From: Minisyncoccia bacterium
GTDB lineage: Bacteria > Patescibacteriota > Minisyncoccia > Phycocordibacterales > UBA9973
Direction of reading: 5' to 3'
DNA: 64,000 nucleotides
Assembly: GCA_965662335.1 (NCBI GenBank)
Contig: CBFIGQ010000045.1
Location: 1,156 to 65,155 of the forward strand
Below, piece by piece: positions 16,163-26,817 of this stretch (positions are counted from its first letter, which is position 1; each line of letters begins with the position of its first letter). A model generated the notes under the pieces. It saw only the letters and a list, made by a program, of their open reading frames with translations. It made no database searches and was not told the origin of the DNA. The translations under genes and the position numbers were made by a program.

Positions 16163-18034
16163 TTAAAATCGATCAGGGTTTTGCTCTACTTTGTAGGGGA
16201 AGCGGAGACTTTCGAGCATGGCGAGCATACGTTGCCCCTCATCCTCTATATATGAGAGCGGAGCTTTAATAACCCATACCAGGAGTACTTTCATACTACC
16301 AGGACTGATGCGGCGTGCAGGGAGTACGGAGTATTCCATATCAGCAAAAAAAGAAGATACGTACTCCTTTACCTTTTGGCGGTGCCCCTCAGGGACTGTG
16401 ACCGAAACCTTAATCAGGAGTCCGAAGGGTGGATAGCCGAGTTCTTTGCGAAGCGTTATCTCTTCATCAAGAATAGTATTTATTTTTTGAGAGGCGAGTT
16501 GTTTGAGAAATGGATAGTCTGGGTGCCGGGTAAATACCAGTACTCCTTCGCTCGATACTTCATTACACTCCATCACGAGGCGAAGCGCCGACTCGCTTGT
16601 CGATAGTGATGGCGTAGAGAGAATGCGATCCATATACGGAATGAGTGTGTATTGAATGCTGCGCAAATAGGGGAGGACTTTTGGAGTACCTATTATAACT
16701 GCAAACTTTTTTTGATGAATACTTGCGAGCAGTTTTTCAATAGAGGCACTGTCAGGGGTTAGGTCGTCGTCGATGACCACAACACTTTCTTCTCCAACGA
16801 GTGATACAAGTTCTTCGGCAACACTTTCAGTGCCGATGGCAAGAGGGGTTATATTCCAGCTACCGCAATGCTCGCACAAGTAGTCATTTGGCCTCGTATC
16901 ACCACAGTGTGTACATATAAAGGTACGGACTCGCTGACCATCCTGAGTAATTTTGTAACGAAGCACCATAGGAAGACTACATGTCGGGCAACCGACGACG
17001 GTGCCGCAGTCCGCGCAGCGTGAGAGCGGTGCAATACCTTTGCGGTTGGTATAAATAAAAAGTCTAAACTTCTTTTTTTGGGCATGGCGCACCAGATCAA
17101 TGACTTCGCTTGGGAGCGTTGTTTTGTACGGCTCGACGGGGACTATATGGAGCTTTTGGGGCACATAGGTGCGTGGAAGGTGACTACTACCAAGCCGGGA
17201 GAGTGTTTCTATACGTGGTATCGCGTCACCCCATACGAGTTCGAGCTTCGCGCATTCAGCAAAGGCCTTGATGACGAGGCGTATGTCGATACCGTATCGA
17301 TCATTTGTTTTATAGAGACTGCTTCCTTCTTGTTCTGCGATGAGATAGCCAATATCATTTCGGGGTGTTAAAAGAAATCCGGGACTGACGAGTACTAAAA
17401 GTGGGCGTTCATTGGACTTGAGCTGCGCAAATGCTGACCGTAAGTTCTTTTTGGTCACTTTGCTGTGGAGGATGACGACGTGTTTTTGGATTCCTTTAGA
17501 GAGTTCTCTAAAGAGATGTTCTAAAGCCCGGATAGTTGGTGCTGTCACATACACACTTTTCTTTGCGGCGAATGCTGTACGAATGAGCCGTTTGTACCCA
17601 TCGATGCGATCACGAGAGGGTGCCGCGATGACTCGTTCAGTAAATACTCGCTCATTCTCCTTTGTAGATGATAAGATGTCCCTAATTTTTTCTCCATGTA
17701 TGTACTCAAATAAAAATTGCGGGATTGTACTACCTGCGATAGCACCGAGCGGGGCGAGAGAGAGGCTTGAGGCGGTTCGAAGTGTACCCACCACTTCTTC
17801 AAAATACGCGCTGTGTCCGAGTACTTGTTTTATTTTTTTCAGTGAAAATGACGCGCTCTTGATCAGAGTTTTTGCCTCGGCAAGTGGTACTGTTTCTATG
17901 ATAATCCCAAAAATAAGCTGCTTGCCAAAAGGAATGGAAACCAGCGTACCTTGTGTGAGTGCTTCGTGGGCGTAGTAGGTGAGGGTATCAAAGGGGATAC
18001 CTCGAGCAATCGGGATGACGGTTGCGACATACAT
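16163..18034 (-). CDS. priA: Primosomal protein N' (PriA), helicase motifs degenerate
   Basis: N-terminal LTY/VSIPFG 3'-binding domain, NRKG, four CxxC pairs, R..LGYPPF; no Walker A or DExH. Confidence 0.88.
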   Translation of the reverse strand: MYVATVIPIARGIPFDTLTYYAHEALTQGTLVSIPFGKQLIFGIIIETVPLAEAKTLIKSASFSLKKIKQVLGHSAYFEEVVGTLRTASSLSLAPLGAIAGSTIPQFLFEYIHGEKIRDILSSTKENERVFTERVIAAPSRDRIDGYKRLIRTAFAAKKSVYVTAPTIRALEHLFRELSKGIQKHVVILHSKVTKKNLRSAFAQLKSNERPLLVLVSPGFLLTPRNDIGYLIAEQEGSSLYKTNDRYGIDIRLVIKAFAECAKLELVWGDAIPRIETLSRLGSSHLPRTYVPQKLHIVPVEPYKTTLPSEVIDLVRHAQKKKFRLFIYTNRKGIAPLSRCADCGTVVGCPTCSLPMVLRYKITQDGQRVRTFICTHCGDTRPNDYLCEHCGSWNITPLAIGTESVAEELVSLVGEESVVVIDDDLTPDSASIEKLLASIHQKKFAVIIGTPKVLPYLRSIQYTLIPYMDRILSTPSLSTSESALRLVMECNEVSSEGVLVFTRHPDYPFLKQLASQKINTILDEEITLRKELGYPPFGLLIKVSVTVPEGHRQKVKEYVSSFFADMEYSVLPARRISPGSMKVLLVWVIKAPLSYIEDEGQRMLAMLESLRFPYKVEQNPDRF

Positions 18035-18061
18035 GAAACCACTATACTATTTGGAGTGCAT

Positions 18062-19072
18062 ATGTGGAAAGTCTCTAAAAAAATCGGTATTGATCTCGGC
18101 ACAACCAACACCTTGGTCTATGTTGCAGGTAAAGGTATCGTGCTCAATGAGCCGACTGTTGTAGCGATAGACAGAACCAACAAAAGTGTTGTCGCAATTG
18201 GCGCAGAAGCCAAAGACATGATAGGTAAGATCCCTGAAAGTATCGCAGTGTATCGCCCGATGCAGGACGGAGCTATTGCAGACTATACGATCACGTACGC
18301 AATGCTCAAATACTTTCTCACCAAGGCGCTCGGTCGTGCACTCTTTAAACCAGACGTGCTCGTCTCAGTGCCTGCAGGCATTACTTCAACTGAGCGGCGT
18401 GCAGTTGTTGAGGCGACTATGAAAGCAGGAGCAAAGAGCGCAATCATTGTAAAGGAAGCAATCCTTGCAGCACTCGGTGCAGGAGTGCCAATAAATGACG
18501 CAAAGGGTTGCATGATCATTGACTCTGGTGGAGGTACTACTGATATTGCAGTTATTTCACTTGGCGGAATTGTTGCATCGACTTCAGTAAAGTGTGGTGG
18601 CAACAAGCTTGACCAAGCAATCATCGACTACATCAAGCGCACATACAATGTCGTCATTGGTGATCAAACTGCTGAAGAACTCAAAAAGACGCTTGCATCC
18701 GCACTCCCTATCACTCCAGATGTTACAGGGTCAGTCAAAGGGCGAGACTGTGTGTCAGGACTCCCAACAACACTCTCTATCACAACCAACGAACTCGTAA
18801 AGGCAATAGACTACGAACTCAAACTCATCATTAAGGCTATAAAAAGCGTGCTCGAGCAAACACCTCCAGAGCTCGCAAGTGATATTATCGACAACGGTAT
18901 CGTCATGTCAGGTGGGACTTCCGGACTTGCGCACTTGCCAGCACTCATTCAGCAGCAGACCGGTATCCAGGTTAGTGTTGCGCCAGACGCGCTGTTCTCC
19001 GTGGCAAGTGGGGCAGGTATACTCCTCGATCACCTTGACGACTACAAGCGATCTATTTTAGTGAAGCGCTAA
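18062..19072 (+). CDS. mreB: Rod shape-determining protein MreB
   Basis: [37 protein letters not shown]. Confidence 0.96.
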   Translation: MWKVSKKIGIDLGTTNTLVYVAGKGIVLNEPTVVAIDRTNKSVVAIGAEAKDMIGKIPESIAVYRPMQDGAIADYTITYAMLKYFLTKALGRALFKPDVLVSVPAGITSTERRAVVEATMKAGAKSAIIVKEAILAALGAGVPINDAKGCMIIDSGGGTTDIAVISLGGIVASTSVKCGGNKLDQAIIDYIKRTYNVVIGDQTAEELKKTLASALPITPDVTGSVKGRDCVSGLPTTLSITTNELVKAIDYELKLIIKAIKSVLEQTPPELASDIIDNGIVMSGGTSGLAHLPALIQQQTGIQVSVAPDALFSVASGAGILLDHLDDYKRSILVKR

Positions 19073-19091
19073 TGTAGTCTATACTCTCTCT

Positions 19092-19700
19092 ATGATCGAC
19101 TTTGAGCAGTACGCACCGCAGCGAATATGTTTGGTACAAGGTACACCGCGTACCTGCGAAGAGATAGTGGCAGCTATGCAAAAGAGCGTACCACTCGTGC
19201 ATGTGCTCGAAGTCCCAAGACTTACGCTTGATCATGCGCGTTCTATCGCGAGTTTTGCAATAGAGGGAAATGGTACGCGCCGGTGTATGGTGGTGTACTT
19301 TGCTCTCTTTTCACCAGATGCAGCTCAAGTGCTTCTAAAGTCTCTCGAAGAACCTGATCCCGATACAACTATTATTTTTATTACGCAGTACCCATACCTG
19401 GTGCCACAGACGGTCCGCTCACGTGTACTACTTTTATCGGGCAGTACCTACTCCGAGGTAGAAAAGCCGCTTACCAAGGCCCAGGCATTTCTATATATCA
19501 AAGACGAACTTTCTGGAGAGAGCGATGATGACGCGGCAACGCGACGCGCAAAGGCTATCGCATTTCTTGATAGGCTCGAGCGACAACTTTCACAAGACAA
19601 GGCAAAGGTACACTATGTATATGAAGCTAAGGATATGCTCTTTGGGAGTAATATGCCGACAAAGTATGTTGCTGAGTATGCGGCAACAGCTGTGCTATGA
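19092..19700 (+). CDS. Reduced DNA polymerase III delta'-like subunit
   Basis: AAQVLLKSLEEP and TVRSR motifs of HolB/clamp loader; only 202 aa. Confidence 0.65.
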   Translation: MIDFEQYAPQRICLVQGTPRTCEEIVAAMQKSVPLVHVLEVPRLTLDHARSIASFAIEGNGTRRCMVVYFALFSPDAAQVLLKSLEEPDPDTTIIFITQYPYLVPQTVRSRVLLLSGSTYSEVEKPLTKAQAFLYIKDELSGESDDDAATRRAKAIAFLDRLERQLSQDKAKVHYVYEAKDMLFGSNMPTKYVAEYAATAVL

Positions 19701-19708
19701 TACTCTTC

Positions 19709-20245
19709 ATGTATACATTAGATGGATTTACTACTGAAGCAAAACAGACCGAAGAATGGCTCGTAAAGGAATATAGTCAGATACATACTGGACGCGCAGC
19801 TCCAGTACTCCTCGACGGTGTCTATATAGAAAGCTATGGAGCAACCCAGCCTGTTAAAAACATCGCCTCTATCACTATCGAAGACCCAAAAACACTCCGG
19901 GTAGTACCGTGGGATAAGTCCCAGATCAAAGACATTGAACGAGCACTTCATGCAGCAAACCTCGGCTTCTCTATAGCAGTTGATGATGCTGGCATTAGAG
20001 TGATAATCCCAGCACTTACAACAGAGACGCGCACACAACTTGCAAAAATAGCAAAAGACAAGCTCGAAGACGCACGTATCCGACTGCGGAAGGCTCGCGA
20101 AACTATGCTCGATATCCTCAAGGCCGAGAAGCTTCCTGAAGATACACTGCGCAGTGCAAAAGAAGACCTGCAAGAGAGAGTTGATACTGCAAATACCAAT
20201 CTTGAAGCGCAATACAAGCGTAAAGAGACTGAAATACAGAGTTAG
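19709..20245 (+). CDS. frr: Ribosome recycling factor
   Basis: IHTGRAAP, VPWDKSQIKDIERA, PALTTETR. Confidence 0.95.
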   Translation: MYTLDGFTTEAKQTEEWLVKEYSQIHTGRAAPVLLDGVYIESYGATQPVKNIASITIEDPKTLRVVPWDKSQIKDIERALHAANLGFSIAVDDAGIRVIIPALTTETRTQLAKIAKDKLEDARIRLRKARETMLDILKAEKLPEDTLRSAKEDLQERVDTANTNLEAQYKRKETEIQS

Positions 20246-20247
20246 CT

Positions 20248-21291
20248 ATGGTAGTAGTGTTATTTATTGTTGTTCTTCTTATCTGTGTACTCGTGCATGA
20301 GTGGGGACATTTTATCGTTGCAAAGAAAAGTGGCATGCTCGTAGAAGAGTTTGGATTTGGTATTCCACCAAGGCTATGGAGCTTTAAAAAAGGTGAGACC
20401 AAGTACTCTATCAATGCGCTTCCAATAGGAGGATTTGTGAAAATAGCGGGCGAGAACGGACAGGAGAGCGGTGTGCCATTTGAGAGACAGTTTGAGTCAA
20501 AGTCGTGGTACAAAAAAAGTGCCGTACTCCTTGCTGGTGTATGTATGAACCTCGTTCTCGCACTCGTACTCTTTAGCGTTGCATACATGATAGGTCTACC
20601 AGGAGTTGTAGATGAAGGTGGCACTCCTACCGTACTGTCAGTAGTTGAGAAAAGTCCGGTTGCGCTTGCAGGGATCACAACAGGCGACACTATTACGAGT
20701 GTCTTTGTAGGAGATACAAAAGTAGAAGATGTGAGGACAGAGTCGCTCCATGATGCCATTGTGCATTCTACAAAGGATGTAGTTATCACATACGAACATG
20801 GAGGGATGAGTAAGCAGGCAGTCATCACTCCCACAAGCGAGCGCACCATCGGCGTAAGTATCGAATCACTCGGAGTAGTACGACTCTCATTTTTTAAGGC
20901 TGTCATGCATGCAGGTACGCACGTGTGGTCACTCACAAAAAGTATTGCGCATGCTATCGGCGAACTCGTTGGGAGAGTGATTCATGGCGCACCGTCTGCA
21001 CAAGGCCTGATAGGTCCAGTAGGTCTTGCGCGTGAAATAGGAAGTGCTTCTACATTTGGATTTGCGTATTTGCTCGCATTTATTGCGATGATATCGGTAA
21101 ATCTAGCAGTCCTCAATGTCATGCCGTTCCCGGCACTGGACGGGGGAAGACTCATAGTGGTGTGGGGAGAAGCACTCACGGGACGCAAATTCTCTCCCAT
21201 GACAATAGGACTTATCCATACGATAGGATTCCTTGTTTTGATCGGCCTCATGGTAGCACTCACTGTAGGAGATATCAAAAAAGCCTTATAA
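20248..21291 (+). CDS. rseP: RIP metalloprotease RseP (M50, PDZ)
   Basis: HEWGH, PIGGFV, NVMPFPALDGG. Confidence 0.95.
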   Translation: MVVVLFIVVLLICVLVHEWGHFIVAKKSGMLVEEFGFGIPPRLWSFKKGETKYSINALPIGGFVKIAGENGQESGVPFERQFESKSWYKKSAVLLAGVCMNLVLALVLFSVAYMIGLPGVVDEGGTPTVLSVVEKSPVALAGITTGDTITSVFVGDTKVEDVRTESLHDAIVHSTKDVVITYEHGGMSKQAVITPTSERTIGVSIESLGVVRLSFFKAVMHAGTHVWSLTKSIAHAIGELVGRVIHGAPSAQGLIGPVGLAREIGSASTFGFAYLLAFIAMISVNLAVLNVMPFPALDGGRLIVVWGEALTGRKFSPMTIGLIHTIGFLVLIGLMVALTVGDIKKAL

Positions 21292-21378
21292 ATTAAACTC
21301 CTGAAGAGGTTGACAAAAGTTTGACTTTTTTTATATCCATGATAAAGTAGGACATACCAATAAATCATTTCACCACAT

Positions 21379-22410
21379 ATGCCAGTTATTAGTTTCAAAC
21401 CAAAACAAGTGACCAAACGTCTACTCTCGAATCTTCAAGATCGAGCGTATGACATTATTGTGAACCGCTACGGACTCTCAGATAGCGCAGATTCAAAGAC
21501 TCTGGAAGCTATCGGTAAAAAGTACGGCATCACTCGAGAGCGTGTACGCCAGATAGAGAACGCAGCACTCGCCGCTATTCGTAAGAGTGATACCTTTAAG
21601 ACCGAGCACAAGATCTTTTCTGAACTCAAAGACCTTCTTGAATCCAGTGGCTCACTCGTGCATGAAGATGATTTTCTCTCATATATCTCAAAGGACAAGG
21701 CAGTCCAAAACCATATCCGTTTCTACCTCGTACTTGGTGACCAGTTTACTAAAATAAAAGAAGACGATCACTTTAGTGCTCGATGGACAGTCGACGAAGA
21801 CCTCTCTGAAGCCGTACACGAAGCACTTCATGGTGTGTATCGATCGCTCGACGACAAAGAACTCCTTTCTGAAAACGATCTTGTCTCTCGATTCCTCAAA
21901 GAACTCAAGGACGTCGCGGATCAGTATAAAAATGAAGAAGTCGCACGACGATGGCTCAAGATTTCAAAAAAGATCGCAAAAAACCCGCTCGGTGAATGGG
22001 GCCCATCGGAGTCTCAAAACATCAAGACTCGCGGCATCAAGGACTATGCATTTCTCATGATGCGCAAGCATGGCTCTCCAATGCACTTTCGTGAAGTAGC
22101 AAAGGCAATCCAGGACACCTTTGGCAAAAAGACGCACGTCGCAACCACACACAACGAACTCATTAAGGATTCACGATTTGTGCTCGTCGGTCGTGGATAC
22201 TACGCACTCTCAGAGTGGGGCTACAAGCCAGGTATCGTACGTGACGTGATCAAAGACATTCTTGTAAAGGAAGGTCCGATGACAAAGGAAGAAGTCATTG
22301 ATCGAGTTCTCAAAGAACGATTCTTAAAGAAAAACACAATCCTTGTGAATCTCCAGAATGCAAAATATTTCAAGAAGATGAGCGACGGACGCTATACCGT
22401 AGCAAAATAA
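21379..22410 (+). CDS. Sigma-70 region 4 + tandem winged-HTH (HARE/RNAP-delta-like) protein
   Basis: RYGL...KTLEAIGKKYGITRERVRQIE at the N-terminus; PMHFREVA...HNELIKDSRFVLVGRGYYALSEW at the C-terminus. Confidence 0.8.
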   Translation: MPVISFKPKQVTKRLLSNLQDRAYDIIVNRYGLSDSADSKTLEAIGKKYGITRERVRQIENAALAAIRKSDTFKTEHKIFSELKDLLESSGSLVHEDDFLSYISKDKAVQNHIRFYLVLGDQFTKIKEDDHFSARWTVDEDLSEAVHEALHGVYRSLDDKELLSENDLVSRFLKELKDVADQYKNEEVARRWLKISKKIAKNPLGEWGPSESQNIKTRGIKDYAFLMMRKHGSPMHFREVAKAIQDTFGKKTHVATTHNELIKDSRFVLVGRGYYALSEWGYKPGIVRDVIKDILVKEGPMTKEEVIDRVLKERFLKKNTILVNLQNAKYFKKMSDGRYTVAK

Positions 22411-22459
22411 ATAAAACCCTCTTACTCAAGAGGGTTTTATCATGCTACACTTTCTATAT

Positions 22460-22942
22460 ATGGCAGATGCAGGAGGAGGTGGTGCAACATGGGAACCATT
22501 TGAAATAGTGCTCGTGATACTTCTTGTGGCAGGTGTACTTATGCATTTGCAAGGAAAGTCTTTTGACACTACACCTATCTCTTCTACATCTACACAAAGC
22601 GAAGAAATCGTAAATACTCCTGATGTATGTGGTATACAGGTCGACTCGCCTATACCAAAACAAAAAGTAACGAACACTATACATCTTTCGGGATATACCA
22701 ACGGATGCAATTGGCCGACAAAAAATGGAGTTGTGCTATACGCACAAGTTGTTGATGCAAAGGGAATGCCTGCATCTGTGTATACGACTGTTACCGGAGA
22801 AACCATTGGTGATCAGCACCGCTTTGATACAGTGATAGCTATCACACCTAAACCCGCCAAGGGCACTGGGTATCTCATACTTGTGCCATTACAAGACGGT
22901 ACCGGCAGATCACAAACACTTCGTATCCCGATAACGCTGTAA
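22460..22942 (+). CDS. Membrane-anchored protein with Ig-like (Gmad2-like) domain
   Basis: N-terminal TM, then IQVDSP...V.N.I.LSG beta-rich domain. Confidence 0.55.
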   Translation: MADAGGGGATWEPFEIVLVILLVAGVLMHLQGKSFDTTPISSTSTQSEEIVNTPDVCGIQVDSPIPKQKVTNTIHLSGYTNGCNWPTKNGVVLYAQVVDAKGMPASVYTTVTGETIGDQHRFDTVIAITPKPAKGTGYLILVPLQDGTGRSQTLRIPITL

Positions 22943-22958
22943 GTGCTATACTTTTCTT

Positions 22959-24212
22959 ATGCAAGCGATTGATATATTTTTGAGCGACGTTGGTACCGCT
23001 ATAGCGCTTGTAGTAATAGCGGTGCTTGCATGGAACCTTTGGGTCACCTATATCAATCTTATATACCTCAAATCAATACCGTGGGTACTGGTAGAAATAG
23101 TGCCTCCAAAAGAAGTATTTAAGTCCCCAGAAGCAATGGAGCTTGTACTTAATGTGTTTAACGGAGGAGGTGCGGGCAACTGGTATGAAAAGTACTGGAA
23201 AGGAGAACTTGCGCAGTATTATTCACTAGAAATAGTTTCAACTGAAGGAAAGATACACTTTTACGCTCGCTTTCATTCAAAATTCAAAAAAGCATTTGAA
23301 GCACAACTCTATGCCCAGTACCCTCAAGCTGAAGTAAAGGAAGTCGAAGACTATACCAAAAAGATTCCAAGCTTTACGAGTGGGCTTATTAGTATGTTTG
23401 CGTATACGCTCAAACTCAAAAAAGATGATCCATATCCTATTAAAAGTTATGTGGACTTTGGACTGGACCGTGCCATTGGATCGCTCGATGAGGAGCAGCG
23501 TATCGACCCAATCACTCCAACACTTGAAACTATGGGCTCTATTGGAGTAGGTGAACATATATGGGTACAGATCAACTTTCGCCAAGCAATAAAGCGCCAT
23601 GAAGTAAAGGATGGAGATAAAGTAGAAAAGGAAAAGGCGTGGACGGATAAAAGTAAGGAAATTATCAAAGGCCTGCGTGCTGCGGCAAATACCAAAGACG
23701 CAGAAGGCAAGACCGTAGCAGGGCGACTCACTAAAGGTGAGCAACAAGTCATAGAAGCTATAGAGCGGCATCGCAACAAGCCTGGCTTTGATTGCGGTAT
23801 GCGCGTGCTCTATATCGCCGAGAAAGATAAATTTAGTGGCAATACTATTTCAGCTTTTACTGCAATGTTTCGTCAGTACAATACAGAAGATATGAACTCG
23901 CTCAGTATGGTCGACCTCACTAAAACCCCGGATGCAATGCCGTGGAAGGACCCATTTGATATGAAAGTAAAGAAAATGAAAAAGGATTATCTTGATGATT
24001 ACAAAGATCGAGCCTTTTTTTACGGCGGTTTTACATTTTCAAAAATACAAAAATATTTTACCCATCCTGAGAAGTCTGGAAGTGATGGATTTCTGCTTTC
24101 CTCAGAAGAACTCGCAACACTCTACCATTTGCCAGGTAAGGTAGTGGAGACGCCAACAGTTGGTCGTATTGAATCAAAGAAAGGTGAGCCACCAGCAAAC
24201 CTTCCTATCTAA
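22959..24212 (+). CDS. Conserved CPR-type hypothetical membrane protein
   Basis: TM, then LVEIVPP..KSPEAME, SLEI, YAQYPQAEV..VEDY, SEELATLYHLP; like N-terminal regions of CPR TraC/VirD4-type ATPases. Confidence 0.7.
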   Translation: MQAIDIFLSDVGTAIALVVIAVLAWNLWVTYINLIYLKSIPWVLVEIVPPKEVFKSPEAMELVLNVFNGGGAGNWYEKYWKGELAQYYSLEIVSTEGKIHFYARFHSKFKKAFEAQLYAQYPQAEVKEVEDYTKKIPSFTSGLISMFAYTLKLKKDDPYPIKSYVDFGLDRAIGSLDEEQRIDPITPTLETMGSIGVGEHIWVQINFRQAIKRHEVKDGDKVEKEKAWTDKSKEIIKGLRAAANTKDAEGKTVAGRLTKGEQQVIEAIERHRNKPGFDCGMRVLYIAEKDKFSGNTISAFTAMFRQYNTEDMNSLSMVDLTKTPDAMPWKDPFDMKVKKMKKDYLDDYKDRAFFYGGFTFSKIQKYFTHPEKSGSDGFLLSSEELATLYHLPGKVVETPTVGRIESKKGEPPANLPI

Positions 24213-24217
24213 TAGCT

Positions 24218-25177
24218 ATGTCATATTTTTTACGACGCATTGTTTTGTTCGTTCTCTCAATCGGCGTTTTGATAGCAGTATTCATGTTACTGTTTAGATA
24301 CTTTATCGCAGCGCCAAAGGATTTTCCGACGCCATACCATTTGACGATAGAGCGAGGTCAGACGCTCTTTTCAGTATCGCACGAGCTATATGATGCGCAT
24401 GTTATCAAGTACCCACGGGCTTTTGAACTCTTTATGATTAGCTTGGGTAGCGAAAAGAATGTTAGCGAAGGCGAATACTATTTCGAATCGCCGGTATCCG
24501 CACTTGAAGTTGCGCTGCGTATTTCTGGAAAACAGTTTGGAATTGACCGAAAAAAAGTCACCTTTCCAGAGGGGTTTACCAACAAGCAAATGGCAGCTCG
24601 GCTCGGACAGGCATTTCCGGGATTTGATACAGAAGTATTTTTGACGCTTGCCCATGAGTATGAAGGATATTTGTTCCCTGATACGTACGGCTTTTTTCCT
24701 TCAGTCACACCCGATCTCGTCGTTTCGACACTTCGCAAAAATTTTGCAGCAAAGACTGCTTCACTTGAGTCACTATTTGCAGCATCCCAGCATAGTAAAC
24801 AACAAGTCATGATTATGGCGTCTATCATTGAAAAAGAAGCGAGAGGGAACGATGACCGCAGTGTGATCTCTGGAATCCTATGGAAGCGGTACGAGAGCGG
24901 CATTCCACTACAAGTAGATGCGCCATTTCTCTATATACTCGGCAAGGAAAGCAGGGATCTCACGCAAAAAGATTTGGCACTGAACTCGCCCTATAATACC
25001 TACAAAAACAAAGGACTTCCTCCGACCCCTATCAGTAACCCAGGTATTCTCTCTATCAAGGCTGCGCTTGAACCGGTAGGATCGCCATACCTATATTATC
25101 TCCATGACAAAGATGGCATGATACACTATGCTTCCACCTACGCCGAGCATAAGAAAAATATACAGAACTATTTGTAA
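24218..25177 (+). CDS. mltG: Endolytic transglycosylase MltG
   Basis: TFPEG, EGYLFPDTY, ASIIEKE, SPYNTY..GLPPTPISNPG. Confidence 0.95.
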   Translation: MSYFLRRIVLFVLSIGVLIAVFMLLFRYFIAAPKDFPTPYHLTIERGQTLFSVSHELYDAHVIKYPRAFELFMISLGSEKNVSEGEYYFESPVSALEVALRISGKQFGIDRKKVTFPEGFTNKQMAARLGQAFPGFDTEVFLTLAHEYEGYLFPDTYGFFPSVTPDLVVSTLRKNFAAKTASLESLFAASQHSKQQVMIMASIIEKEARGNDDRSVISGILWKRYESGIPLQVDAPFLYILGKESRDLTQKDLALNSPYNTYKNKGLPPTPISNPGILSIKAALEPVGSPYLYYLHDKDGMIHYASTYAEHKKNIQNYL

Positions 25178-25183
25178 CAACCT

Positions 25184-25726
25184 ATGATATTACAGCAGTC
25201 ACTTGCCTTTATTGATATTGAAACAACTGGACTCGACTATGAAAAGGGCGAGATTATTGAGCTCGGCGTTGTGCTTACGCGCATGAAGGAAGGATCACTT
25301 GAAGTTATCGGCGAGCTTGATCTCAAAATTGCTCCAAAGCATATTGAGACTGCCGACGCTCAAGCACTGCGTATCAATGGATATAATGAGGCAGACTGGA
25401 TATTTGCCGTGTCTATCGAGGAGGCTCTCAAAGCATTTGTCGAAAAGACCGAAGGAGCAATATTTGTTGCACACAACATCACCTTTGATTATGGATTTAT
25501 AGAGGCAAATTTGCGGCGCTACGGTATAGAAAGCCGCATGCATTACCACAAACTCGATACACTTGCGCTGGCATTTGGCATCCTTCATACCAACGACGAT
25601 ATAGGCAAACTCTCACTTCGTGCACTGTGTGAGAAATACGGCATCGAAAACAAAAAGGCGCACAGCGCCTTTGCAGACGCCTATGCGACCTATGAAGTCT
25701 TCAAAAAGTTGATGAATTTGAAATAG
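25184..25726 (+). CDS. DEDDh 3'-5' exonuclease (DnaQ-like)
   Basis: DIETTG, VAHNITFD, HSAFADA. Confidence 0.92.
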   Translation: MILQQSLAFIDIETTGLDYEKGEIIELGVVLTRMKEGSLEVIGELDLKIAPKHIETADAQALRINGYNEADWIFAVSIEEALKAFVEKTEGAIFVAHNITFDYGFIEANLRRYGIESRMHYHKLDTLALAFGILHTNDDIGKLSLRALCEKYGIENKKAHSAFADAYATYEVFKKLMNLK

Positions 25727-25746
25727 GGTGTGGTAGTATCACGGTT

Positions 25747-26799
25747 GTGAAAACAAAGAAGAAAAAAATATTTGTCGGCATATCCGGTGGGGTAGACTCA
25801 TCTGTCGCCGCATATCTACTCAAGCAACAAGGTCACGATGTGCATGGCGTTTTCGTAAAAACATGGTCGCCAGAGTGGCTCCCCTGTACTTGGCTCGATG
25901 AAAAGAGAGATGCGATGCGCGTGTGTGCATCGCTAGGTATTCCATTTCATTTCCTTGATGCAGAGTCCGAGTATAAAGAAGGTGTTGCAGAGTATATGAT
26001 AGATGAATACAAAAGAGGGCGCACGCCCAACCCTGATGTGCTCTGTAACCGCGTCATAAAGTTCGGCGTGATGTGGGAGTATGCACGCGCGCATGGTGCC
26101 GATGCTATAGCGACTGGACACTACGCGCAAACTGATGGAGCGCACCTTTTGAAGGCGGTTGATGAATCTAAAGATCAGTCATACTTTTTATGGATGATAA
26201 CCCAGGCGGAGCTCGCGCACATCGTGTTTCCCATCGGAGGTATGCCAAAGGCGCAGGTGCGTGCACTTGCGCAAAAAGCAGGGCTCTTTACCGCAGACAA
26301 GAAAGACAGTCAGGGCATTTGCTTTCTTGGGGATGTGGATATGCGAAAGTTTCTCAGTCATTATATTGAGCAAACGCCAGGAAGCGTAGTCACAACGAGC
26401 GGTGAAATCATCGGAGAACATAGCGGTGTCTGGTTTTATACTCTAGGAGAGCGACACGGATTTATCATTACTCGCCAGGGTACAAATGATCCGAAATACT
26501 ACGTAGTAGGAAAAAATATAGAAAAAAATATTCTCTATGTCGACACAAGTCCTACAGTATCGATAGAGCACACTATACAAACTATAACTTTGCGCGAAAC
26601 AAATTGGCACACTGAGAATACGGGCAGGGTACAATGTCTGGCACAGATTAGATATCACGGAGAGCTTATACCTGCAGTAATACTTGGTAAGGACCGTGTC
26701 GAGCTCCACTACAGCAACGTTGTTGCGCTCGGTCAGTCGCTTGTACTGTACCAAGGAGAGCAGCTTATTGGAGGAGGTATCATTGATAGCATTTCATAA
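25747..26799 (+). CDS. mnmA: tRNA 2-thiouridine synthase MnmA
   Basis: SGGVDS, TPNPDVLCN, ATGHY, KDQSYFL, DSQGICF. Confidence 0.97.
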   Translation: MKTKKKKIFVGISGGVDSSVAAYLLKQQGHDVHGVFVKTWSPEWLPCTWLDEKRDAMRVCASLGIPFHFLDAESEYKEGVAEYMIDEYKRGRTPNPDVLCNRVIKFGVMWEYARAHGADAIATGHYAQTDGAHLLKAVDESKDQSYFLWMITQAELAHIVFPIGGMPKAQVRALAQKAGLFTADKKDSQGICFLGDVDMRKFLSHYIEQTPGSVVTTSGEIIGEHSGVWFYTLGERHGFIITRQGTNDPKYYVVGKNIEKNILYVDTSPTVSIEHTIQTITLRETNWHTENTGRVQCLAQIRYHGELIPAVILGKDRVELHYSNVVALGQSLVLYQGEQLIGGGIIDSIS

Positions 26800-26817
26800 G
26801 AGCGCTATACTATACGC

